NCBI GenBank assembly: GCA_964016885.1
Contig: OZ024755.1
Location: forward strand, 18,476,001 to 18,540,000
Direction: 5' to 3'
DNA from: Eledone cirrhosa
Taxonomy: Eukaryota
DNA: 64,000 nt
Shown here: one piece after another, positions 1-12,231 of the stretch
How positions within the stretch are numbered: the first letter of the stretch is position 1
Layout of the letters: every line of letters begins with the position of its first letter
Program-made: the position numbers and the translations under genes
Notes under the pieces: generated by a model
Database searches by the model: none
What the model was told of the DNA's origin: nothing
The model's input: only the letters and a program-made list of their open reading frames with translations

Positions 1-3000
1 TCAGCAATATAAGCTGCTGTACCAACACCACAAACACATCAGCAATGTGTGCTCCTGTACCAACACCACCAGCAATATAAGCTGCTGTATCAGCACCATC
101 AGCAATATAAGCTGCTGTACCAACACCATCAGCAATGTGTGCTCCTGTACCAACACCACCAGCAATATAAGCTGCTGTATCAGCACCATCAGCAATATAA
201 GCTGCTGTACCAACACCATCAGCAATATAAGCTCCTGTACCAACACCACCAGCAATATAAGCTGCTGTACCAGCACCACCAGCAATATAAGCTGCTGTAT
301 CAACACCATCAGCAATATAAGCTGCTGTACCAGCACCACCAGCAATATAAGCTGCTGTATCAACAACATCAGCAATATAAGCTGCTGTACCAGCACCACC
401 AGCAATATAAGCTGCTGTACCAGCACCATCAGCAATATAAGCTGCTGTACCAACACATCAGCAATATAAGCTGCTGTACCAACAACATCAGCAATATAAG
501 CTGCTGTACCAACACCACCAGCAATATAAGCTGCTGTATCAGCACCATCAGCAATATAAGCTGCTGTACCAACACCATCAGCAATATAAGCTGCTGTACC
601 AACACCATCAGCAATATAAGCTGCTGTACCAACAACATCAGCAATATAAGCTGCTGTACCAACAACATCAGCAATATAAGCTGCTGTACCAACACCACCA
701 GCAATATAAGCTGCTGTATCAGCACCATCAGCAATATAAGCTGCTGTACCAACACCATCAGCAATATAAGCTGCTGTACCAACACCATCAGCAATATAAG
801 CTGCTGTACCAACAACATCAGCAATATAAGCTGCTGTACCAACACCATCAGCAATATAAGCTGCTGTACCAACAACATCAGCAATATAAGCTGCTGTACC
901 AACACCACCAGCAATATAAGCTGCTGTATCAGCACCATCAGCAATATAAGCTGCTGTACCAACACCACCAGCAATATAAGCTGCTGTATCAGCACCATCA
1001 GCAATATAAGCTGCTGTACCAACACCATCAGCAATATAAGCTGCTGTACCAACACCACCAGCAATATAAGCTGCTGTATCAGCACCATCAGCAATATAAG
1101 CTGCTGTACCAACACCACCAGCAATATAAGCTGCTGTATCAGCACCATCAGCAATATAAGCTGCTGTACCAACACCATCAGCAATATAAGCTGCTGTACC
1201 AACACCATCAGCAATATAAGCTGCTGTACCAGCAACATCAGCAATATAAGCTGCTGTACCAGCAACATCAGCAATATAAGCTGCTGTACCAACACCATCA
1301 GCAATATAAGCTGCTGTACCAACAACACCAGCAATATAAGCTGCTGTACCAGCACCACCAGCAATATAAGCTGCTGTACCAACACCACCAGCAATATAAG
1401 CTGCTGTACCAGCACCATCAGCAATATAAGCTGCTGTACCAACACCATCAGCAATATAAGCTGCTGTACCAACACCACCAGCAATATAAACTGCTGTACC
1501 AACACCATCAGCAATATAAGCTGCTGTACCAACAACATCAGCAATATAAGCTGCTGTACCAACAACATCAGCAATATAAGCTGCTGTACCAGCACCATCA
1601 GCAATATAAGCTGCTGTACCAGCACCATCAGCAATATAAGCTGCTGTACCAGCACCATCAGCAATATAAGCTGCTGTACCAACACCATCAGCAATATAAG
1701 CTGCTGTACCAACAACATCAGCAATATAAGCTGCTGTACCAACAACATCAACAATATAAGCTGCTGTACCAACACCATCAGCAATATAAGCTGCTGTACC
1801 AACAACATCAGCAATATAAGCTGCTGTACCAACAACATCAGCAATATAAGCTGCTGTACCAGCACCATCAGCAATATAAGCTGCTGTATCAACACCACCA
1901 GCAATATAAGCTGCTGTATCAACACCATCAGCAATATAAGCTGCTGTACCAACAACATCAGCAATATAAGCTGCTGTACCAGCACCATCAGCAATATAAG
2001 CTGCTGTACCAACACCATCAGCAATATAAGCTGCTGTACCAACACCACCAGCAATATAAGCTGCTGTACCAACAACATCAGCAATATAAGCTGCTGTACC
2101 AGCACCACCAGCAATATAAGCTGCTGTACCAACACCACCAGCAATATAAGCTGCTGTACCAACACATCAGCAATATAAGCTGCTGTATCAACACCACCAG
2201 CAATATAAGCTGCTGTATCAACACCACCAGCAATATAAGCTGCTGTACCAACACCATCAGCAATATAAGCTGCTGTACCAACAACATCAGCAATATAAGC
2301 TGCTGTACCAACACATCAGCAATATAAGCTGCTGTATCAACACCACCAGCAATATAAGCTGCTGTATCAACACCACCAGCAATATAAGCTGCTGTACCAA
2401 CACCATCAGCAATATAAGCTGCTGTACCAACAACATCAGCAATATAAGCTGCTGTACCAGCACCATCAGCAATATAAGCTGCTGTACCAACACCATCAGC
2501 AATATAAGCTGCTGTACCAACAACATCAGCAATATAAGCTGCTGTATCAACACCATCAGCAATGTAAGCTGCTGTACCAACACCATCAGCAATATAAGCT
2601 GCTGTACCAACACCACCAGCAATATAAGCTGCTGTACCAACACATCAGCAATATAAGCTGCTGTACCAACACATCAGCAATATAAGCTGCTGTACCAACA
2701 CATCAGCAATATAAGCTGCTGTACTAGCACCACCAGCAATATAAGCTGCTGTATCAGCACCATCAGCAATATAAGCTGCTGTACCAACACATCAGCAATA
2801 TAAGCTGCTGTACCAACAACATCAGCAATATAAGCTACTGTACCAACAACATCAGCAATATAAGCTACTGTACCAACAACATCAGCAATATAAGCTGCTG
2901 TACCAACACCATCAGCAATATAAGCTGCTGTACCAACACCATCAGCAATATAAGCTGCTGTACCAACACATCAGCAATATAAGCTGCTGTACCAACACCA

Positions 3001-4916
3001 CCAGCAATATAAGCTGCTGTACCAGCACCATCAGCAATATAAGCTGCTGTACCAACAACATCAGCAATATAAGCTGCTGTACCAACACCATCAGCAATAT
3101 AAGCTGCTGTACCAGCACCACCAGCAATATAAGCTGCTGTACCAACACCATCAGCAATATAAGCTGCTGTACCAGCAACATCAGCAATATAAGCTGCTGT
3201 ACCAACAACATCAGCAATATAAGCTGCTGTACCAACACCACCAGCAATATAAGCTGCTGTACCAGCAACATCAGCAATATAAGCTGCTGTACCAGCAACA
3301 TCAGCAATATAAGCTGCTGTACCAGCAACATCAGCAATATAAGCTGCTGTACCAACAACATCAGCAATATAAGCTGCTGTACCAACACATCAGCAATATA
3401 AGCTGCTGTACCAGCACCACCAGCAATATAAGCTGCTGTACCAACACCATCAGCAATATAAGCTGCTGTACCAGCAACATCAGCAATATAAGCTGCTGTA
3501 CCAACAACATCAGCAATATAAGCTGCTGTACCAACACCATCAGCAATATAAGCTGCTGTACCAACACCATCAGCAATATAAGCTGCTGTACCAACAACAT
3601 CAGCAATATAAGCTGCTGTACCAGCACCACCAGCAATATAAGCTGCTGTACCAGCACCATCAGCAATATAAGCTGCTGTACCAACACCATCAGCAATATA
3701 AGCTGCTGTACCAGCAACATCAGCAATATAAGCTGCTGTACCAACACCATCAGCAATATAAGCTGCTGTACCAACACCATCAGCAATATAAGCTGCTGTA
3801 CCAACACCATCAGCAATATAAGCTGCTGTACCAACAACATCAGCAATATAAGCTGCTGTACCAACACCATCAGCAATATAAGCTGCTGTACCAACACCAT
3901 CAGCAATATAAGCTGCTGTACCAACACCATCAGCAATATAAGCTGCTGTACCAGCAACATCAGCAATATAAGCTGCTGTACCAACACCATCAGCAATATA
4001 AGCTCCTGTACCAACACATCAGCAATATAAGCTGCTGTACCAACACCATCAGCAATATAAGCTGCTGTACCAGCACCACCAGCAATATAAGCTGCTGTAC
4101 CAACACATCAGCAATATAAGCTGCTGTATCAGCACCACAAACACATCAGCAATGTGTGCTCCTGTACCAACACCATAGCAATATAAGCTGCTGTACCAAC
4201 ACATCAGCAATATAAGCTGCTGTACCAACACCATCAGCAATATAAGCTGCTGTACCAACACCATAGCAATATAAGCTGCTGTACCAACAACATCAGCAAT
4301 ATAAGCTGCTGTACCAACACCATCAGCAATGTAAGCTGCTGTACCAACATCATTAGCAATATAAGCTGCTGTACCAACACCACAAACACATCAGCAATGT
4401 GTGCTCCTGTACCAGCACCACCAGCAATATAAGCTGCTGTACCAACAACATCAGCAATATAAGCTGCTGTATCAGCACCATCAGCAATGTAAGCTGCTGA
4501 CCCAACACCATCAGCAATATAAGCTGCTGTATCAGCACCACCAGCAATATAAGCTGCTGTATCAGCACCATCAGCAATATAAGCTGCTGTACCAACAACA
4601 TCAGCAATATAAGCTGCTGTACCAACACTACCAGCAATATAAGCTGCTGTACCAACAACATCAGCAATATAAGCTGCTGTATCAACACCATCAGCAATAT
4701 AAGCTGCTGTACCAGCACCATCAACAATATAAGCTGCTGTACCAACACCATCAGCAATATAAGCTGCTGTACCAACAACATCAGCAATATAAGCTGCTGT
4801 ACCAACAACACCAGCAATATAAGCTGCTGTACCAACACCATCAGCAATATAAGCTGCTGTACCAACAACATCAGCAATATAAGCTGCTGTACCAACAACA
4901 TCAGCAATATAAGCTG
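1..4916. repeat. 30-bp minisatellite (consensus TCAGCAATATAAGCTGCTGTACCAACACCA), about 160+ copies, runs off window start
   Basis: Direct tandem periodicity with occasional 28-bp deletion variants; explains all ORFs in 1-4985. Confidence 0.98.
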
Positions 4917-5057
4917 AATGATGGTGCTGATGATCTTTTAATACAGGTCATAGAAACCCCCAGTGAAATATTATCCCCTTTCTGAAAGTTTAATAAAAAA
5001 TATTCAATAAAAAGGCTCTCTGTTAAAATAGGGGACACACCACAAGCATTGCAGATT

Positions 5058-5250
5058 GGTGGATTAGCAGTATCGGTGTTGCGTCACACATCAAGCTTTG
5101 CAGCACAAAGTTATGGCCCTTTACGTTCTGAGTTCAAATCCTGCTGAAGTTAACTTTGCCTTTCATTTTTATGAGGTCGATAAAATAAAGTACCAGTAAT
5201 GCACTGGGATAATTGCTGGTCTTGTGCCAAAAGTAGAAACAATTATTATT
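5058..5250 (+). mobile_element. tRNA-derived SINE, family 1 (diverged copy)
   Basis: A-box-like TAGCAGTATCGG, B-box GAGTTCAAATCC, body CTTTGCCTTTCAT...GTCGATAAAATAAAGTACCAG, tail GTAGAAACAATTATT shared with about 20 copies here. Confidence 0.85.
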
Positions 5251-5559
5251 TATTATTTGTTAGTTCTTTTTACAGAGACTAGCTGTTAGATTTCAACGAG
5301 GAAGCCAATGCCCCCTAACACACCAAAAACCCCCCAAAACTCTATCAACATTAGGTGTAAAGCTATAATTTTACTGTGTTTTGTAACAAAACAATAATGT
5401 TTTCCAGCATTGTCACAAGTTGAGATGTGAAGCAGGGTAGAAATATGTTATATATACTCCTTACATACTCCATTAATTCCAGGATGGAAATATTATATAT
5501 ATATATATATATATAATTTTTTATCATCTTCGCTATAACTTATATATTATTACACTGAA

Positions 5560-5750
5560 GGGCGGTGGATTGGCAGTATCAGTAGAGGGTCGGCCGCCAT
5601 GCTTTCCAGCATAGTTACGTCCCTTTACGATCTGAGTTCAAATCCCGCAGAGGTTGACTTTGCCTTTCATCCTTACGGGGTCAATAAAATAAAGTACCAG
5701 TAATGCACTGGGTATTTGCTGGCCTTGTGCCTAAAGTAGAAACAATTATT
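5560..5750 (+). mobile_element. tRNA-derived SINE, family 1
   Basis: GGGCGGTGGATTGGCAGTATC...GAGTTCAAATCCCG...GTAGAAACAATTATT; Pol III A/B boxes. Confidence 0.9.
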
Positions 5751-5928
5751 CATTTATTATCAATACTTTTATTTTTTCTCTCTATTTTTCTTTTTCTTTA
5801 TTCTTTTTTTCTTTCTCTTCTTTTTTTTTCTCTCTCTATCTTTTTCTTTTTCTTTCTTTATTAATGATGTTGTAATTTGAATTTGTAAACGCTGTGTATA
5901 ATTTTAAACAGTTTTTCCAATGATTTGG

Positions 5929-6017
5929 TTAAGCATACACCGTATTTAAGCATACACCGTATTTAAGCATACACCGTATTTAAGCATTCACCGTATTTAA
6001 GCATACACCGTATTTAA
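5929..6017. repeat. 17-bp tandem repeat (TTAAGCATACACCGTAT) x5
   Basis: Direct repeats visible. Confidence 0.9.
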
Positions 6018-6139
6018 AATTGAGTGACACAACTTCAAGTGATTAGCAATTTTAAGACAACTTAACCAATGAAACAATTGTTAATACTGTAAATAAAACC
6101 CTTTTTGTACTGTTAACCATGTTACTTTTCACTCTTTCA

Positions 6140-6190
<51 letters not shown>

Positions 6191-6315
6191 CTTACATACT
6201 CCATTAATATTTATTGATATAAATTTCCTCCCTCCACATACATCCACACACACAAAAAATGTGTTCCAATAATAAATAATACAACAAAAGAGGAGAATTA
6301 GGTGTGATTATTTAC

Positions 6316-6402
6316 CTGTTCATTTACAGATGCGACATCAACAATTTTAAAGTCATATCCATCTTTCCTTTCTTTCTCCTTTCCCATTTTCCATTGATAA
6401 AC
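6316..6402 (-). CDS. Candidate internal coding exon of an unidentified host gene (87 nt, phase 0: VYQWKMGKEKERKDGYDFKIVDVASVNEQ)
   Basis: Minus strand: long polypyrimidine acceptor TTTTTCTCTTCTTCCTCTTCAG, 87-nt exon open in phase 0, donor CAG/GTAAAT; unique sequence. Protein not recognised. Confidence 0.65.
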
Positions 6403-6483
6403 CTGAAGAGGAAGAAGAGAAAAAAAAATAACATAACAGAAGTGGAGAGAACAATGTAAATATAGATGTCATGCTATATATAT

Positions 6484-6686
6484 ATAGGAAAAGAGTCAGG
6501 ACCCCAACGGTTGAGCTCCGGCCGTTTCGACAGCTAGATCGGAACAGTTCAGATCTAGCTGTCGAATTGGCTGGAGCTCAGCCATCGGGGTCTTGACTCT
6601 GTTCCTATTACCCACTCTTTTATCCTAAGTATCGAGTACTCTGGTGCGTTATGGTCCACCTGGTTTCTTACCACACTTTCTTTGTT
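6484..6686 (+). mobile_element. Palindromic (TA)n-embedded element, family A (probable Penelope-like pLTR remnant)
   Basis: About 57-bp imperfect inverted arms (6484-6608) plus an 80-bp tail with TATCGAGTAC; related copies at 23978-24130 and 54678-54870; flanked by (TA)n. Confidence 0.65.
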
Positions 6687-6721
6687 ATATATATATATAT
6701 ATATATATAAAATAATGGTGA

Positions 6722-7039
6722 TTAAGATGCGATTAAATCACCATAATTGTTTATTGCATTATATATATTTCTGTTACATGGTTATGCATATCAGATGCTT
6801 ATACAATCATAGGTCTAGTTATGCAATCATGGAGATATGTCACTGGTCGTGTATTACCATCCAGACATATATCATCACTGTCATCACAACTGGATGGTAA
6901 TACATGCCGAGCAGCATATCCCCAATTGCATACTTACACCTATGATTATATGAGCATCTGATGAAGTCCCATGCATAACCATGAAGCAGAAATATATATC
7001 ATGCAATAAAGCAATTATGGTGAAGTAACTCCATCTTAA
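6722..7039. mobile_element. About 320-bp imperfect foldback between (TA)n tracts, family B (probable Penelope-like inverted pLTR)
   Basis: Arms pair along their length (e.g. TGTATTACCATCCAG/CTGGATGGTAATACA; CACCATAATTG/CAATTATGGTG), loop about 6865-6889; right arm holds a hammerhead core. Confidence 0.65.
6954..7004 (+). ncRNA. Minimal type I hammerhead ribozyme motif (degenerate stem II)
   Basis: GCAT-CTGATGA-(stem II)-GAAA-TATATA-TC-ATGC: stem I GCAT/ATGC, palindromic stem III, AUC cleavage triplet, followed by AATAAA. Confidence 0.6.
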
Positions 7040-7056
7040 CTACTATTAATTTGTTT

Positions 7057-7141
<85 letters not shown>

Positions 7142-7374
7142 TTCATATACATATATATATATATATAGTAAGAGGGGTGCGCTAACAGTCGAGGTGTAGG
7201 ATAGTTATATTTTTGCATATATACAGAGTGTGTAACCAAGAAATTCATATTTTCTGGCATGTTTACATGCCTAAAAATTAGATATATGAACATATTTATA
7301 AATGTTGGTGCAGTCTTGGAGACACACTTTGTATTTATGCAGATATAACTTTAATATATACATACATATATATA

Positions 7375-8283
7375 CTAGCATTAAAGCCCAGCGTTGCTCG
7401 GGGTCAGTAAGTTACCAAAGTTAGGTTGCACCACCCATTTTATGGCAGCACTTTTTTGTCTGCTAGGCACTGGGTGAATGAATTGCAGACCTGGACTGCC
7501 AAAGCAGGAGCTGCGCCAGCAGTGACAATTGTAGTTTCGCCTATGGATATTATCTCTGTGCAAAGAAGTGTTGAAATTTATTGTTTCACAGTACTTGCGC
7601 AACACACGCGTAGACGATGCCAGCCGAACAACAGAGCTGCGATGGAGTTGTTCTGCATGGTTGTCTAATGTGTGTTTTCTAAATTTAAGACAGTAGGGAG
7701 GGGCATGATATAGGGGAGAGTTAGCTGTTGTTTCTAGCAGGTTTAGTGACCTCATAGAGGATATTATTGTGTATAGTAAATAAACTGATACTTCTTTCTT
7801 CCATGTTCGTTGAGAGATTTTTTTTGTTGTTGAATAAATTTATGTTGCTTTTGAATAATTGTTGTTTCGTATGAAATGTAATAAGTTCACTTTGTCATTG
7901 AAGTAAATAAATGTTTGACTGTTCCACACTCAAAAACAAACGTTCTCTCTCTCTCTTCTTTCCTCTGCGTTCCTAAAGGAAGTTTGTAAGTTTAAGCGTA
8001 TATAAGAGAAAGTTGCAGCATGTATATAGTTTTATCGAATTTTAAGGGGAGTAAAGAAAGGAAATCAGAATGTATTAGAGGGGTAAAGCGTCATGCATTT
8101 AGTTTTATCGATTATTACCGTAATCGTGGGTGACTTTGAAATAAATAAATAGTCGTTGACCTAAGTTAGACCATTTACAACATTCTTACAGACTTTGAGT
8201 CGAATCGGTTTTAAATTGTGCAAATGTTTAAACATGGAACATGCACACACACACACACTCAACAACAATCTGCCTTTTATAGA
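7375..8283 (-). mobile_element. Non-autonomous Helitron, apparently complete (909 bp)
   Basis: Minus strand begins TC(TATAAAAGGCAG) and ends CTAG; subterminal hairpin CCCGAGCAACGCTGGG about 10 nt before the end; inserted between A and T with no TSD; (GT)n near the 5' end. Confidence 0.8.
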
Positions 8284-8491
8284 TAATTATACTTGGGGAG
8301 GGTCATATTGTTGTAATAATATTGCCTGAAATAATAACAGAACACACTCACTGTTTGGTTGGTTTTCACCAAATAAATAAATACACAAGCACAACAACAA
8401 CAAACACATATAAACACACACTAATAAATTAAGATAGAATACAATAACCAAAACACAGTCACCCAAATGCAAACACACACCAAAACCTATG

Positions 8492-8542
<51 letters not shown>

Positions 8543-9164
8543 GTATCTAAGTATGTTTGTAAGGAGGAAAAATTGGAGAAGATAGTTCAGAGATTAAATA
8601 CATAATCTCCAGGGTGTATATTTATTGTCGGTAGTAGTAGTAGTATTTTGTTTCGTTTATTTTTTAGTAGAATCCAGAATTATATTAAACTATATGGGAA
8701 GTCAGTAATTCTTTTATTACCAAGTTTTTTTTCTTTATTAATCTATATATCTACGATAAGTTTTTCAGACAACAGAAATATCTAAATATGTAAAAATTTT
8801 AATTTCATAATCACCCATATATATATTTATATGTATTATAATGTTATACTGTGTTATTTATGTGAGTGAGTGAGTGAGTGAGAGAGAGTGTGTGTATGTT
8901 GTTCGTCAGAGAGTCAGTGTGTGTGTGTGTGTGTGGGTGGGTGGGGGTGGGGTTGTTTGTTTATCTAGATACATAAAATACAAAGAAAAGGAGTTCTCTA
9001 AATGCTTTTATGTAAAAAATTAATGAAGACATGCTCAAGTAAGGCTGTATGGTGGTTAAAAAGATCAGATCACAACCACATAGTTCTGGATTCAATCCCA
9101 CTGTGTGACACCTTGTTTGTATACTTAGTGCAGTAAGTCAAGACATTTTAATAAGTGAAAAGAA

Positions 9165-9362
9165 CAATAGTATCGTTAGAGCGTCAGGCATTAAGTTTTG
9201 CAGCACATAGTTACGACTCTGTACATTCTGAGTTCAAATCCCACTGAAGTTCGCTTTGCCTTTCATCCTAATGGAGGCTATAAAATAAAGCACCAGTAAC
9301 ATACTTATCGACTTTTGCCTCCTACCAAATTGTTGGCCTTGTGCTTAAATCAGAAACAATTA
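9165..9362 (+). mobile_element. SINE family 1, older long variant
   Basis: GAGTTCAAATCCC B-box, CTTTGCCTTTCATCC body, GGCCTTGTGCTTAAATCAGAAAC tail. Confidence 0.7.
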
Positions 9363-9573
9363 ATTAAATGATTAATTCTTAAAAAAAAAAAAAAAGGGTA
9401 AAAGAGACAACCCCAAAAAGTTAAATTAATCAAGATTAAATATTAATGATAATCAAATATGGAATGTAGTTGGGGATGAGGGAGGCTGATCTTCAGTAAT
9501 ATAGCAGTCTTTTTAGAACTCATCAGTGAGGTATAGTCTAACGATATGATTGTTAGACATTAGAATGATGAGA

Positions 9574-9758
9574 GGGCGGTGGATTGGCAGTATTGGAAGA
9601 GCGCCAGACACCATACTTTGCAGCATAGAGTTATGGCCCTTTACGTTCTGCATTCAAATACCGTTGGGGTTAACTTTGTCTTTCATCCTTACAGGGTCGA
9701 TAAAATAAAGTAATGCACTGGAGTAATTGCTGGTCTTGTACCAAAAGTAGAAACAATT
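9574..9758 (+). mobile_element. SINE family 1 with target-site duplication
   Basis: Flanked by ATTAGAATGATGAGA(GGG) at 9559 and 9756. Confidence 0.9.
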
Positions 9759-9863
9759 AGAATGATGAGAGGGATTTAGGTTTTCCCTGAATGAACAAAC
9801 ACTCTTTCTTCTTTCTTGATCGATCTAAAAGATCCCAGACTTCACTCACTTACCAAGTGGAGT

Positions 9864-10963
9864 GGAACTCATCAAATCGGACCAAGGAAACAATGTTTCC
9901 ATTGGTCTTTCCATTGCTGATACTATCTACAGCTCACAGCAGTAGAACTCATCAAATTGGACCAAGGAAACAATGTTTCCATTGGTCTTTCCATTGCTGA
10001 TACTATCTACAGCTCACAGCAGTAGAACTCATCAAATCAGACCAAGGAAACAATGTTTCCATTGGTCTTTCCATTGCTGATACTATCTACAGCTCACAGC
10101 AGTAGAACTCATCAAATCGAACCAAGGAAACAATGTTTCCATTGGTCTTTCCATTGCTGATACTATCTACAGCTCACAGCAGTAGAACTCATCAAATTGG
10201 ACCAAGGAAACAATGTTTCCATTGGTCTTTCCATTGCTGATACTATCTACAGCTCACAGCAGTAGAACTCATCAAATCAGACCAAGGAAACAATGTTTCC
10301 ATTGGTCTTTCCATTGCTGATACTATCTACAGCTCACAGCAGTAGAACTCATCAAATTGGACCAAGGAAACAATGTTTCCATTGGTCTTTCCATTGCTGA
10401 TACTATCTACAGCTCACAGCAGTAGAACTCATCAAATCGGACCAAGGAAACAACGTTTCCATTGGTCTTTCCATTGCTGATACTATCTACAGCTCACAGC
10501 AGTAGAACTCATCAAATCGGACCAAGGAAACAATGTTTCCATTGGTCTTTCCATTGCTGATACTATCTACAGCTCACAGCAGTAGAACTCATCAAATCAG
10601 ACCAAGGAAACAATGTTTCCATTGGTCTTTCCATTGCTGATACTATCTACAGCTCACAGCAGTAGAACTCATCAAATTGGACCAAGGAAACAACGTTTCC
10701 ATTGGTCTTTCCATTGCTGATACTATCTACAGCTCACAGCAGTAGAACTCATCAAATCGAACCAAGGAAACAATGTTTCCATTGGTCTTTCCATTGCTGA
10801 TACTATCTACAGCTCACAGCAGTAGAACTCATCAAATCAGACCAAGGAAACAATGTTTCCATTGGTCTTTCCATTGCTGATACTATCTACAGCTCACAGC
10901 AGTAGAACTCATCAAATTGGACCAAGGAAACAATGTTTCCATTGGTCTTTCCATTGCTGATAC
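9864..10963. repeat. 80-bp minisatellite (about 13-14 copies) derived from SINE family 3 body
   Basis: Unit AACTCATCAAATCGGACCAAGGAAACAATGTTTCCATTGGTCTTTCCATTGCTGATACTATCTAC... matches dispersed SINE segments at about 37978, 40018, 63192 and (reverse) 51550. Confidence 0.95.
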
Positions 10964-11334
10964 AGACTGGTTAAACATCAACAAATGGTTAAACCTCAAC
11001 AAGCAGTTGTTTTCTGGCTAGTGTGTTGTTGTTATGTCAAAATTTAAAACTAGGTTTTGGTTTCATCTGATCATTTCTTTAGTGATACTAGAATGCTTAG
11101 TGATGATAAAAACTCAGTTATCAGTTATCTACTAAATCGTTCACCTAGTCCAAATTTAAGTTAGTCAATAGTCAAAATAATATAAATGGATCAATGAAAC
11201 AGTTTATTCTGAGCTGATGAGGAATTTTAGAAATAATTTCAACAAAGAAGATGAAAAAAAAAAAGAAAAAAGAGATAAAAAAAACTTAGTCAAATACTAG
11301 AAATTATTCCTATTCAACTAGATTTAAGTAAGAG

Positions 11335-11710
11335 ATAGAAGAAGATTGAAGAAGAGAAGAGCGAGGGGAGGGTGAAAGAGGAGAGACGGAGAAGGGGAGA
11401 GAAGGGGAATAAAAGAGTGATCGAGAAAGGGGGAAAGAGAGAGAGAAGGGGAAGAGAAGAGTGAGAGAGGAAGGGGGAAAAGAGAAGGAGAGAGAGAAGG
11501 GTGATAGAAGAGTGAGCGAGAAAGGGGGAAAGAGAAGGAGAGAGAGGCGGGGGGGGGGAATAGAGAAAAGAGTAAGAGAGAGGGTGGGAAAGAGAAGAGA
11601 GTGAGAAGGGGGAGAAAAGTGAGAGAGGGAGAATAGAAGATTGAGAGAGAAAGGGGGGAAGAGAAGAGAGTGAGAGCAGGTGGGAAAGGGAAGGAGGAGG
11701 GACGCAGAAA
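11335..11710. repeat. GA-rich low-complexity polypurine tract
   Basis: Nearly all A/G on the plus strand. Confidence 0.85.
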
Positions 11711-12231
11711 GTGATATAAAACAGAATGACAAAAAAAAATTCTGTGAATATTCGTTTAGGTTTATCAAAGAACTCAACAATAATGTAGATTCTAGATTAG
11801 TTTCCAACTAAATAAATACATCAGAGTGGTAGCATTGGTAGTAACTGTATAATTCTCATCATCATCATCAATAGTAGTACAGGTGCATATATTGAGAAGA
11901 TAGAGCTTTGTTGTGAGAACACAAAGTAGCTACCAACCAACCAGACTAGTCACATCTTTACAACTATCAACTGATGAAGATGAATTCTATCTTTTACAAA
12001 TGGAAGAGAATAAACAGGAGTTGGTTAGGTTCTCTACTTACAGTTTATCCCACCACCACCACCACCACCGCCGCCACCACCACCACCACCACCAGTTACA
12101 CACTGAATGAAGCTTTTTCTTCTTCATCTAACAATGAAGGATTCAAAGAAAAATCCCCATCACTGTTTAACGTCTCACTGTGTGTGTCTGTAGAATCCCA
12201 AAGTAAATGGGGAAGCGACCAATGTTAATAG

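Noticed and set aside
4923-4980. CTGATGA...GAAA motifs here and at 11214-11240
   Set aside because: No complementary stem I; expected by chance.
1-4985. Long ORFs up to 709 aa (NISCCT, LLYQHHQQY and VQQLILL repeats)
   Set aside because: Translations of a 30-bp repeat open in several frames on both strands, with frequent 2-bp frameshifts and no splice or start context.
9864-10963. CRISPR-like appearance of regular arrays (also the 35-, 48- and 51-mers)
   Set aside because: Head-to-tail units with no unique spacers, no cas genes, eukaryotic context.
9864-10963. 80-mer as a tandem retrozyme (minus strand has TTGATGAG and GAAAC)
   Set aside because: Core C is missing and stems I-III cannot be assembled in hammerhead order.
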